A stretch of DNA of 64,000 nt from a virus (IMGVR_UViG_3300044518_000037:11808-75807), one strand, 5' to 3'; positions 1 through 8,112 are shown, counted from the first letter of the stretch. Program-made: numbers and translations. The notes: generated by a model from the letters alone, not told the origin.

Positions 1-43
1 CCCGCCTGGCAAACTCGGACCATCCCGCTACGGAAGGACCAGC

Positions 44-391
44 ATGACTCTCAACAACACACGCGCCACCATCGACATCACCCCTGAGGCCAACACTGAG
101 TACCCACTTACCGATGCGTGGTACGCCGGCCACGTCCGGATGTCCACGATCACGGACGAGAACTGGCGCGAGCTCCTGCGCCGCGTTCGGCAGATTGAGG
201 AGGTCATGGGCCGCATGCTCAAGGGCTCCAACGGCGAGGCGATCTCTCTCGCCACCGAGGAAGTCGCCCGGCGCCACATCGGCCAGCGGATGGGCTGGGG
301 CGACTACTCGGCCGCCGAGTTCGACGCCCACATGGGCAACGTGCTCGCGCGCCGCTCCCACGACGGCACGTGGCCCGTGAAGGAGGGTTGA
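44..391 (+). CDS. Hypothetical protein, 115 aa
   Basis: ORF with GGAAGGA RBS and GC3-biased codons. Confidence 0.75.
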   Translation: MTLNNTRATIDITPEANTEYPLTDAWYAGHVRMSTITDENWRELLRRVRQIEEVMGRMLKGSNGEAISLATEEVARRHIGQRMGWGDYSAAEFDAHMGNVLARRSHDGTWPVKEG

Positions 392-540
392 TGGTACAGA
401 CCATGACCCCGAAGTTCGCCGAGGTCACCTACGAATGCCCCAAGGGCCGCAAGCACACCGAGGGCTACGACGGCAGCTCGATCGAGCCCGACCGCGTCTC
501 CATCGACGAGTATGTGGAGTGCCCCGATTGCAAGGGCTAA
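391..540 (+). CDS. Small putative zinc-ribbon protein, 49 aa (MVQTMTPKFAEVTYECPKGRKH...ECPDCKG)
   Basis: Read manually; ATG overlaps the upstream TGA, GGAGGG RBS, C-x5-H...CxxC. Confidence 0.65.
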   Translation: MVQTMTPKFAEVTYECPKGRKHTEGYDGSSIEPDRVSIDEYVECPDCKG

Positions 541-619
541 GCCGAGCCTGACGAGTCCGGCGGCGCACCGAGTACCAGGCGGCGCGCCGCTGCCGGCGCG
601 GGCCGAGCAGAATGTGGCC

Positions 620-931
620 ATGAGCCGATGGACAGAAACACCGAAGGTCTTCTACCGGGACAAGGATGGTGAAGAGCGCCAGCTGCGCGACACGCAGGCG
701 GCGAAACTCAACGCCATCGCCGACTCTCGCACCCCTGTCGGCCGGTTCCAGCAGCGTTCCTGGAAGGTCAACGATGTCCGCGCGTTGGAAGACCGGGGGC
801 TGATCATCGTGACCTGGCTGGAGGACGGTGACAACAACCGCGAGGGTGCATGGCGCATTGAGGGCCTAACCGAGCTCGGTGACGAGACCGTAGCCAAGTT
901 CAACATCAAGTACGGGACCAGTGGACAGTGA
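620..931 (+). CDS. Hypothetical protein, possible winged-helix fold
   Basis: ATG at 620 within ORF 512-931; VRALEDRGLI...LTELG resembles a wHTH recognition helix and wing. Confidence 0.65.
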   Translation: MSRWTETPKVFYRDKDGEERQLRDTQAAKLNAIADSRTPVGRFQQRSWKVNDVRALEDRGLIIVTWLEDGDNNREGAWRIEGLTELGDETVAKFNIKYGTSGQ

Positions 932-998
932 GCACGAAGGCCCCTCTTCTGGCGCGCGCTCCGCAACGCCACGACCCGCTTCATAGGAGAACACGTAA

Positions 999-1694
999 GT
1001 GACTGCCGCCCCGAGTGTGGCCGACCACGTTGAGGAACTGCTGTTCCACTACCTGGCCTCCCAGGAAATCGATCTCAACCTGGCCGCGAGCTACAGCATG
1101 GTCGCCGACCTTGGCGTCCTGCGCTACGACCCGGACGAGGAAGAGGATGAGGACAAGGCGATCGTCTTTGACTTCTTCGAGATCTTCGACTGCGTGGTCA
1201 CCGACTCGCTCGCTCAGCCCGGAACGCCGCGAGCGGCCGTCGCGGCGCTTACCGAGATCTTGGCCCACGCCTGGACTCCCAAGGGGATCCGCAGCATCGT
1301 CCACAAGCTTGTGGTGCGCATCGCCCAGGACGACGACCTGTTCGCTCGTCTCCAGGTCGGCAACGCCGAGCAGAAGGAGCACCGGCGCCGAGGTCCCAAG
1401 GAGAACCGTCGGAAGCCCGAGATGATCGACCACGACCCGATCTTCCTGGAGCTGCTATCCAACTTGCAGCGCTGGGGAGCGATCTCCGGGTGGCGGTTCG
1501 AACACATCACCGGGCAGGGGGACGTTCTGATCTACACGATCGTCTACAGCGACACCGAGTTCACCATCCAGCCGGAGGACGTTGAGTCTACGATCTGCGC
1601 TATCTACGAGGGCTGGCTAGCCGGTCGGGAGCGCTTCGGGGTGGAGCTGACGGACGAGGAGCGCGACGCCATCAAGCGGCGCCAGGCCGACTAG
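999..1694 (+). CDS. Hypothetical protein, 231 aa
   Basis: Long ORF, AGGAG RBS, followed by a terminator. Confidence 0.8.
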   Translation: MTAAPSVADHVEELLFHYLASQEIDLNLAASYSMVADLGVLRYDPDEEEDEDKAIVFDFFEIFDCVVTDSLAQPGTPRAAVAALTEILAHAWTPKGIRSIVHKLVVRIAQDDDLFARLQVGNAEQKEHRRRGPKENRRKPEMIDHDPIFLELLSNLQRWGAISGWRFEHITGQGDVLIYTIVYSDTEFTIQPEDVESTICAIYEGWLAGRERFGVELTDEERDAIKRRQAD

Positions 1695-1709
1695 TAGCAC
1701 CCGACCCCG

Positions 1710-1745
1710 AAGCCCCTGCGTTCGAGCCGAGCGCAGGGGCTTTTC
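1710..1745 (+). terminator. Intrinsic terminator
   Basis: AGCCCCTGCG...CGCAGGGGCT stem followed by TTTT. Confidence 0.8.
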
Positions 1746-1781
1746 CCATAATCAGACACTCATTAAACGGGAGAAAATTCA

Positions 1782-2498
1782 ATGGCTCAGCGTGTGCAGG
1801 TCATTCTTGAGGACGACCTCGACGGCGGAACGGCAGACGAGACCGTAACATTCGCCCTCGACGGCGTGGCCTACGAGATCGACCTGAAATCAGGGAACGC
1901 GGAAAAGCTGCGCGCCCTGTTCACCCCCTACGTTGAGAAGGGGCGCAGGACCACAAAGCGGGGCGCATCGTCGCAGCGAACTCCTCGATCGTCGGCGCCG
2001 GCGCGGAACGGTCACGCCAAGGTCGTGCGCGCCTGGGCGAAGGCCGAGGGTCTCTCCGTTGAAGGCCGTGGCCGCGTTCCTGCTCCGATTGTGGAGGCGT
2101 TCGAGGCTGACCAGCTCGGCGATAGGTCACTCCTGGAGAATCTCAAGAAGATGCCCCTCTACTCGGACGCGGCGCTGGAGGCCGGCCAGGACGAGGAGGA
2201 CCCTGGGGCGCCCACGGCCCAGCCCGAGGACGGCGCTGCGCGGCCTGCGACCGTGGAGATCACGGAGGACGACCGGATCAAGGCTGCACAGGTTTTCAGC
2301 AGCAACCCGGCTTCCGAGGCTGGGATCGGGCACCTGCGGGCCGCCCGCGACAACGGGGGTGTGTTCGTGCGGAAGGGCTCGGCGGCTCCCGGGATTATCA
2401 AGGGGCTCTCGGCCCGGGAGCTCGGTAGCGAGGACCGGCAGCGCATCACGGGGGTCGGCTACGCCTACCTGGAACTGGTTGAGCAGGCTGCTGGCTGA
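1782..2498 (+). CDS. lsr2: Lsr2-family nucleoid-associated protein with about 120-aa C-terminal extension
   Basis: MAQRVQVILEDDLDGGTADETVTFALDGVAYEIDL dimerisation motif; VRAWAKAEGLSVEGRGRVPA DNA-binding motif. Confidence 0.93.
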   Translation: MAQRVQVILEDDLDGGTADETVTFALDGVAYEIDLKSGNAEKLRALFTPYVEKGRRTTKRGASSQRTPRSSAPARNGHAKVVRAWAKAEGLSVEGRGRVPAPIVEAFEADQLGDRSLLENLKKMPLYSDAALEAGQDEEDPGAPTAQPEDGAARPATVEITEDDRIKAAQVFSSNPASEAGIGHLRAARDNGGVFVRKGSAAPGIIKGLSARELGSEDRQRITGVGYAYLELVEQAAG

Positions 2499-2519
2499 GT
2501 GGCCTGAGGGCCCCGCTGG

Positions 2520-3119
2520 TCAGATAGCTGGCGGGGCCGAAGGCTTGTACTTGTCGCGGAGCTCCAGGGCGGCCAAGCCAACTCCGGTGATCTCGCGCCC
2601 CTCGGCGAGGCCCTTGCGCCGCAGACTCCTGAGGCTCGCCTCTGTGCCGGGCGACGGGTCAGGGGGGAACTGTCCGCCGTTCTTCGTTGCCAGGACCAAG
2701 TTCTCGAAGGCAGTGTCCGAAAGGGTCTTGTAGTACAGCCGCGCGGTGTCGCGGTCCTGCTGAGTGATCTGTTGCTGATCACTCTGGTCGTCGGGTAGTT
2801 CACCGCTCAGGAACTCATCCTCGAACTGTCGGGATACCTCCGACGGAACTCTGCCGTACTTGGGTACCTGAATCCCTTTGTCCCGGGCCCACCTGCGAAT
2901 AGTTTTCGCGTCCACCTGCGTGGTCTGGTGCGTAATTCCGGCGGCAGGTGTGATATCCCTGGCGGCTTGCAGGAAAGGCTCTAGCGCCTCCAGGAGCCGT
3001 TCCAGCCCTACCTTGTTCTCAGGATCCAGATCGATTTCGTAGAGCCTGCCGGCGAGTGGGAACTCAACTCGTTCGGCGCCGAGCTTGCCGTTCAGGTCGT
3101 CAATCAAGGCAATCGCCAT
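2520..3119 (-). CDS. Second, divergent Lsr2-like protein with a homologous C-terminal extension (alternative start 3155)
   Basis: LIDDLNG...VEFPLAGRLYEIDL and IRRWARDKGIQVPKYGRVPS match the Lsr2 motifs. Confidence 0.85.
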   Translation of the reverse strand: MAIALIDDLNGKLGAERVEFPLAGRLYEIDLDPENKVGLERLLEALEPFLQAARDITPAAGITHQTTQVDAKTIRRWARDKGIQVPKYGRVPSEVSRQFEDEFLSGELPDDQSDQQQITQQDRDTARLYYKTLSDTAFENLVLATKNGGQFPPDPSPGTEASLRSLRRKGLAEGREITGVGLAALELRDKYKPSAPPAI

Positions 3120-3475
3120 GAGCTTCTCCGATCCGGGTCCGTCGGTTCCAGGCATGGTAGCCGAGCGCGTGGCGCGCCTTCGGGCATCCCTACTGCTCGG
3201 TACGTCGAACGGCCCTGCTCTGAAGCAGGGAGGCGAGCATGGCATGGACGCGCCTTATTGGCATGGACACACTGTGGCTTCAAGTAGTGAGCAGTCGTTA
3301 CCGCAGGTGAAAGGGGGTGTGCAGCGTCCGAGGCTCGCAGTAGGCTCGTCATCTCTGAGCCAATCGGGTGAATCGAGACAGACCCTAAGTTGGTTATCGT
3401 TTTTTGACCTTTCAGACCAGTTTGGGATGTATGGTCCTCGCAGCAACGATCTTCCAGCTAGGGGGAACGAGACCT

Positions 3476-3865
3476 GTGTCATCCCTGTCTGCATCCGAGA
3501 GGGCCGCTCGCGCCTTCGCACGCAACAACCCCGCCTTCGCCTCCTGCCGCCGAGAGAGGCGACACTGGTTCCCCGACGACAGCGCCACCGCCGTGAACCT
3601 GCCCAAAGAGGAAGGGCGCGGCTGGCTGGTCACCCAAGAGTGCGTGCGCTGCGGGACCTTCCGCGACCAGAAGTGGGACCTGTTCGGGCGGCGCATCAGC
3701 AACCTCATCTACCGCCACCCCGAGGGATACCGCGAGGAGTTCCACGTGCTGGCCGGCGACGAGGACGCCACGGCCGCACTGAACAAGATCTGGATCAAGA
3801 GCCTGACCAAGGGCCGCTCGGTGGCAACGGTCCACCAGCTCCCCGTGACTAAGGTCGCCTCTTGA
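3476..3865 (+). CDS. Putative zinc-binding phage protein
   Basis: GTG after AGGGGG RBS within ORF 3404-3865; C-x5-H...CVRC. Confidence 0.7.
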   Translation: MSSLSASERAARAFARNNPAFASCRRERRHWFPDDSATAVNLPKEEGRGWLVTQECVRCGTFRDQKWDLFGRRISNLIYRHPEGYREEFHVLAGDEDATAALNKIWIKSLTKGRSVATVHQLPVTKVAS

Positions 3866-4797
3866 GTCGGTACATGATCCCCACGTGCAAGTTCTGCCGC
3901 ACCCAGGGCAACCCGAGGTACCCTGCCACGTCCCACCACACGTTCTCGCACAACGGCGGACCGCATAAGTCCGTTGATCTTTGTGAGCCGCACGAGGGGT
4001 TCGTCATCGGGTTGATCATGGGCCTCCTCGAAGACGAAGAGGATGAGCCTGAGATCCTCAATCCTGCTGGCCCGGTGCCTCTGGTCATTCGGGAGGCGAT
4101 GAAGTCGCCTACTGCCGCCGTGGCCGCTAGGCCGCCCGAGCCGCAGCCGACCCTCCCGCTCGAAGAGCTCGCGGCCCCGACTGAAGATGCGCCGGCGGAC
4201 TCGGGCCGCCTCCACATCCTCTGCCGGGACTGTGATCCGGAAGCGAAGGTCGAATACGCGCGCCGAAACGATCACGCGCGCAGGCACAACAAGCCTGCCG
4301 CGCAGATCCTCTGGACGCTTCCGGACGGCAGACCGCTGCCGTTCCCGTGCACGGAGCACGCGGAGTGCGAGGAAGTCGGCTTCGGCTACTCGACGGAGCG
4401 CGGACTGGACAACCACCTCAAGGGCTTCGCGCCACCAGCCGGCGGAAAGCCGAAGCTGGGCAAGAAGAGCCCTGTGGTGGGCCACAAGAAGAAGGACGTC
4501 CCCCAGGTCGTCTGCCCCGAGGAACATCGGAAGGGCGCGCCGGAGCCGTATTGGGTCGATGTGGCCAACAGGCAGGGGCACGCTCAGGGCACCCACGGAG
4601 TCGACGCACCGTACATCGCCTGGGGAAACCCGGACGCTGTCGACCTTCGGTTTCCCTGTACGGAGCACAAGTCCTGCGTGGACGCTGGCGGCTACGCGTT
4701 TATCTCCGCGCAGTCTCTCCTGGTGCACGGCAATAAAAGTCGCCACTGGGAAAAGGTGGAACCGATCCAAGAGCCGGCAGCCGCAGAAGCTGCCTGA
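3862..4797 (+). CDS. Cys/His-rich multi-zinc-finger protein with an internal duplication, 311 aa
   Basis: CKFC, CRDC...H...H and two FPCTEHxxC...H units; TTG start overlaps the upstream stop. Confidence 0.8.
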   Translation: MSRYMIPTCKFCRTQGNPRYPATSHHTFSHNGGPHKSVDLCEPHEGFVIGLIMGLLEDEEDEPEILNPAGPVPLVIREAMKSPTAAVAARPPEPQPTLPLEELAAPTEDAPADSGRLHILCRDCDPEAKVEYARRNDHARRHNKPAAQILWTLPDGRPLPFPCTEHAECEEVGFGYSTERGLDNHLKGFAPPAGGKPKLGKKSPVVGHKKKDVPQVVCPEEHRKGAPEPYWVDVANRQGHAQGTHGVDAPYIAWGNPDAVDLRFPCTEHKSCVDAGGYAFISAQSLLVHGNKSRHWEKVEPIQEPAAAEAA

Positions 4798-4803
4798 AGC
4801 ACG

Positions 4804-4843
4804 AGAGCCCCAGCTGGTAGCCGCTCACCAGCCGGGGCTCTTG
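4804..4843 (+). terminator. Probable terminator hairpin
   Basis: GAGCCCCAGCTGGT...ACCAGCCGGGGCTC followed by TT. Confidence 0.6.
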
Positions 4844-4908
4844 CGCACACCTGCACTAGCTCGCTGATTGCGAGCTGTTGCAGCAAGGGACCCCAAAGTC
4901 ACCGTCTG

Positions 4909-4924
4909 GGTGGGCGTGTTTAAG
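4909..4924 (+). repeat. Left direct repeat (attL-like core) GGTGGGCGTGTTTAAG
   Basis: 15/16 identical to 8087-8102. Confidence 0.7.
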
Positions 4925-4993
4925 GTGTAGGAATTCCGCCGATGGACCGTTCGGGCGGTATGAATTATCTGATCTGTCATTGCTTGTGGCGGT

Positions 4994-5230
4994 ATGTCTA
5001 GTTTGGGCGCTATGGGAAACATAGCTGACCAGGCAGCAGCCGGTTCCTTCACGCAAGCATCGCGCCCACCTGACACACCCCGTGCCGATGGAGAGTCACC
5101 TCGGCCTGACCGACGTGACGTCGAGATGATCTGGACCGTCGTAGATGAACCGTCGACCCCCAGGCACCGGCGACTGCTAGAGATCCTCTTCGCGACCGGT
5201 GGAGAGGCGTACGATGAAGCGATCACCTGA
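4994..5230 (+). CDS. Small protein upstream of the recombinase (start 4994 or 5012)
   Basis: ORF with C-terminal amphipathic RHRRLLEILF helix; co-oriented with the recombinase. Confidence 0.55.
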   Translation: MSSLGAMGNIADQAAAGSFTQASRPPDTPRADGESPRPDRRDVEMIWTVVDEPSTPRHRRLLEILFATGGEAYDEAIT

Positions 5231-5290
5231 GTAACACTCAAGTGCCCTTGCTGGGCGCGTGGTTGTGACCAGGCCGCAGAACGTACAGAT

Positions 5291-5332
5291 GACCCCCGGG
5301 GCGACGCTTGGCCGGCTCCCGTCCCGGGGGTC
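5291..5332 (+). promoter_or_regulatory. Strong hairpin in the recombinase leader (possible attenuator)
   Basis: GACCCCCGGG...CCCGGGGGTC 10-bp perfect stem, 23 bp before the ATG. Confidence 0.45.
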
Positions 5333-5355
5333 TCGCCAGTCGTTAGGGGACTGAC

Positions 5356-7347
5356 ATGCGCAATGGAACCTTGCCAAGGTCTCGGAAGGCAAGCGGACCG
5401 GTCCGTGTGGCCATATACGTCCGGGTTTCCACCCGTGAGCAGGTCAAGGGGTACGGCCTGAAGGTCCAAGAGGACGGCTGCATAGCCTGGCTCAACGCCA
5501 TGCTCCGTGGGAACTTCGTGATCGTCGATGTCTACAAGGACGCCGGTGTCTCCGGAAAGAAGAGCTCCCGACCCCACTTCGACCGTCTCAACCGGGACGT
5601 GAAGGACCGGAAGATCGACATGGTCATCGCCCACAAGCTGGACCGCGTCGGGCGAACCATGCGAGACATCCAGCGCTGGGTCTGGAACCTCCTCGACGAG
5701 AAGATCCGTTTCGTCGCGGTGAGCCAGGGCCTCGACTCCGACACCGAGACCGGTCAGCTTCAGATCAGCCTCTTCGCCTGGCTGGCCGAGATCGAGCACG
5801 GGCTCATCCTCAGCCGGACTATGGACGGCCGGGAGAACAAACTGGCGGCCGGCGGCTGGCCAAGCGGGCTCGTCCCCTACGGGTACGCGATCGAGGGTAA
5901 GGGCAAAGAAGCTGTCGTCGTCCTGTGCGAGGACGAAGTCAGCGTAATCGAGTACGCCGTCCACGTTGCCGTCGACGAGAAGCACAACTGGGAAGACGTG
6001 GCCCGTCTACTCAACGAAAAGAAGATGCGCAGGCGCTTCGGCAAACCCTGGACCGGCAACATGGTCCGCCAGATTCTCGGCCACACGGCCATCCTGGAAG
6101 GCAAGGCGTACTTCCGAAAGACCGGCCCTGGAACCAGGACAAAGCTCGACGAGGACGGCCTCCCACTCTACGGGGACACCGTAGCCATCGAGCTCCCCCG
6201 AATCCTCAGCGAGGAGCGGGCAGCAGCGCTGGCGAAGATCATCAAAGACAGGGCCAGGTTCCACAGCCCCGACGCCAAATACCCGCTCAGCCGCCGGATC
6301 AACGGATCCTGCGGCGAGGTCTACGTCGGAAGCGGTGTCGAGGACCACCGAATGTACCGATGCAACGGAAACCACCGGGAAACACCGTGCGGCGACGCCT
6401 ACCTGGACGCTGACGCCCTCGAAGCCGCAGTCTGGGACGAACTTGCCGACTTCCTAACCGACCCCTCCCGCCTCCAAGCTCTCGCGGAGCAATACATCGA
6501 GTCCCTCCCTGGCGCTCAAAGCGACCACGAGGAGCGACTGGCTTCGCTGAAGGACCAGGTGGACGAGAAAGAGTCCGCACTCGCCACCGCGATCATTACG
6601 TGCGCCACCCTGAAGCTGGATGAGGAAGCAGCCAAGAAGGCGACAAGCCAGCTTGACACGGACCTGGCCGTACTCCGCGCGACTCTCGCCGAGGCAGAGG
6701 AGTGGCAGGAAGAGCACGCAGCCGCCCAAGCCCAGGCACGCGACTTGATCACGCTGATCGAGAAGGCCCGTGGCAAGCTGGCCTCACTTAGCCTGGGCAC
6801 TCAGGGGGAGATCTTCGAGATGCTCGACATCCAAGTCCACCCCGAATCACACGGCTTCCAGAAGCGCTCCGGAATCAGGTGCTCAGTACGGGCCTGGCAC
6901 GTGGAGAAGGAGGTCCTCGTGCCAGCTGCGCCCAATGATGAGGACTGGGCGGCGGTCATGGAGATTCTGAGCCGCCGTTTCCCGGAAATCGCGCGCTCCA
7001 GGTCGGACCCTCGCAAGCTCTTCTGCGGCATGCTGCACCGCCTGCGCACGGGTGAGACATGGGAGGCGATGGACAAGCACTGGGGGTCCACGGCAAATCT
7101 CAAGAGGTATCAGAGCCTCTGGTTCAAGTCTGGGGCCTGGAAGGAGATGCTCCTCGTGCTGCCCAAGGACGGGGCGAAGCCTGTCTTCCAGCCCCGAGTG
7201 ATCCCCAAGCTGCGGGTTACCGGTGTGGTCAGGAGGTCGGTCTATGACCCCAGCGCTGCCGTAGCCGAACCTTCGGATGGTCCTACCGATTCCTCGGCAA
7301 CCGTGAGGTCAGGAGAAGGTTTGGCTTTCGTTCTCGCAGCTGCCTGA
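5356..7347 (+). CDS. Large serine recombinase (resolvase, recombinase, Zn-ribbon, coiled coil) with an IS5/DUF4096-like HTH near the C-terminus
   Basis: YVRVST with catalytic Ser, AGVSG, KLDRVGR, GGWPSGLVPYGY, YRC...C; WAAVMEIL...RKLFCGMLHRLRTGETWEAM...WG...W..SGAW. Confidence 0.93.
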   Translation: MRNGTLPRSRKASGPVRVAIYVRVSTREQVKGYGLKVQEDGCIAWLNAMLRGNFVIVDVYKDAGVSGKKSSRPHFDRLNRDVKDRKIDMVIAHKLDRVGRTMRDIQRWVWNLLDEKIRFVAVSQGLDSDTETGQLQISLFAWLAEIEHGLILSRTMDGRENKLAAGGWPSGLVPYGYAIEGKGKEAVVVLCEDEVSVIEYAVHVAVDEKHNWEDVARLLNEKKMRRRFGKPWTGNMVRQILGHTAILEGKAYFRKTGPGTRTKLDEDGLPLYGDTVAIELPRILSEERAAALAKIIKDRARFHSPDAKYPLSRRINGSCGEVYVGSGVEDHRMYRCNGNHRETPCGDAYLDADALEAAVWDELADFLTDPSRLQALAEQYIESLPGAQSDHEERLASLKDQVDEKESALATAIITCATLKLDEEAAKKATSQLDTDLAVLRATLAEAEEWQEEHAAAQAQARDLITLIEKARGKLASLSLGTQGEIFEMLDIQVHPESHGFQKRSGIRCSVRAWHVEKEVLVPAAPNDEDWAAVMEILSRRFPEIARSRSDPRKLFCGMLHRLRTGETWEAMDKHWGSTANLKRYQSLWFKSGAWKEMLLVLPKDGAKPVFQPRVIPKLRVTGVVRRSVYDPSAAVAEPSDGPTDSSATVRSGEGLAFVLAAA

Positions 7348-7365
7348 CCAGCGCAGATGCCACCC

Positions 7366-7403
7366 CCGAACCCCCTGAGCCGAGACTGGGCCAGGGGGTT
7401 CGG
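7366..7403 (+). terminator. Hairpin between the recombinase and the resolvase-like gene
   Basis: CCGAACCCCCTG / CAGGGGGTTCGG perfect 12-bp stem. Confidence 0.65.
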
Positions 7404-7471
7404 CGTTCCCCACCCACCTGTCAGCCCGTAGCCATAAGCTGCTGGCGAAGACCCAGAGAGGACAACCGATA

Positions 7472-8020
7472 GTGGAACTGAAGCGAGCAGCGGTGTACGT
7501 ACGGCAGCGCGGCGAGCAAGGCGAGCACGGGCTTGACGCCCAGCGAGCGGCCTGTGAGCGGTGGGCCGCCGAACGACGGATGCAGATCGTCGCGGAGTAC
7601 GAGGGCGAAACAGCTAACAGGGTGAGCGCTGAGCTCCTCGCAGACCTCGGGGCCGGTAAGTTCGACGTCCTCATCGCGGATCTCGGGCCGGAGACGTTCA
7701 CGCGCGATGCCAGTAGGTATCAGGCGTTGCTCGCGGCGGCAGCCGAGGCGGGCGTCGAGGTGTGCACTCTCCCCGCTCCGAACCTGCTGATCAAGATTGC
7801 CCAGCGCATCATTGAAGGGCGTGACCGCAACGCCGGACAGGAGCAATCCGGGGACGCGGACCGTGAAGATGTGTACCTCTCGGCGCTCTGGGATGTACTT
7901 GCCGTAGCCTTCGGGTCCAAGACGCCGCTGGGTCACCTCGAAGAGGAAGCGCTGGAAAAGCCTCTTGAAGCCCTGGTCGAGCAGTTCATCGAGTCCGCGC
8001 GGAACACCCAGAACATGTGA
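7472..8020 (+). CDS. Resolvase-like (serine recombinase N-terminal domain) protein lacking the catalytic serine
   Basis: AAVYVRQRGEQGEHGLDAQRAACERWA...IVAEY...GKFDVLI; YVRQ replaces YxRVS. Confidence 0.8.
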   Translation: MELKRAAVYVRQRGEQGEHGLDAQRAACERWAAERRMQIVAEYEGETANRVSAELLADLGAGKFDVLIADLGPETFTRDASRYQALLAAAAEAGVEVCTLPAPNLLIKIAQRIIEGRDRNAGQEQSGDADREDVYLSALWDVLAVAFGSKTPLGHLEEEALEKPLEALVEQFIESARNTQNM

Positions 8021-8086
8021 TGGCCCTGCGGCGACTGCCCGAGCTGACATCGACTCCGGTGAGTGACATCGGTTCGGTCTCCCGCC

Positions 8087-8102
8087 GGTGAGCGTGTTTA
8101 AG
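8087..8102 (+). repeat. Right direct repeat (attR-like core) GGTGAGCGTGTTTAAG
   Basis: 15/16 identical to 4909-4924. Confidence 0.7.
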
Positions 8103-8112
8103 ATGCCCCACT

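Larger units (their letters stand above)
4909..8102 (+). mobile_element. Candidate nested serine-recombinase element, about 3.2 kb, bounded by direct repeats
   Basis: GGTG(G/A)GCGTGTTTAAG at 4909-4924 and 8087-8102 flanks exactly three genes, including a large serine recombinase. Confidence 0.6.

Noticed and set aside
548-639. CTGACGAGTCC...GGACAGAAAC resembling a hammerhead ribozyme core
   Set aside because: Extra A before GAAAC, a 70-nt loop, no stems I/III, and the second half lies in coding sequence
6931-7160. Inserted IS5 element disrupting the recombinase
   Set aside because: Frame is intact, and no DDE domain, terminal inverted repeats or target duplication were seen
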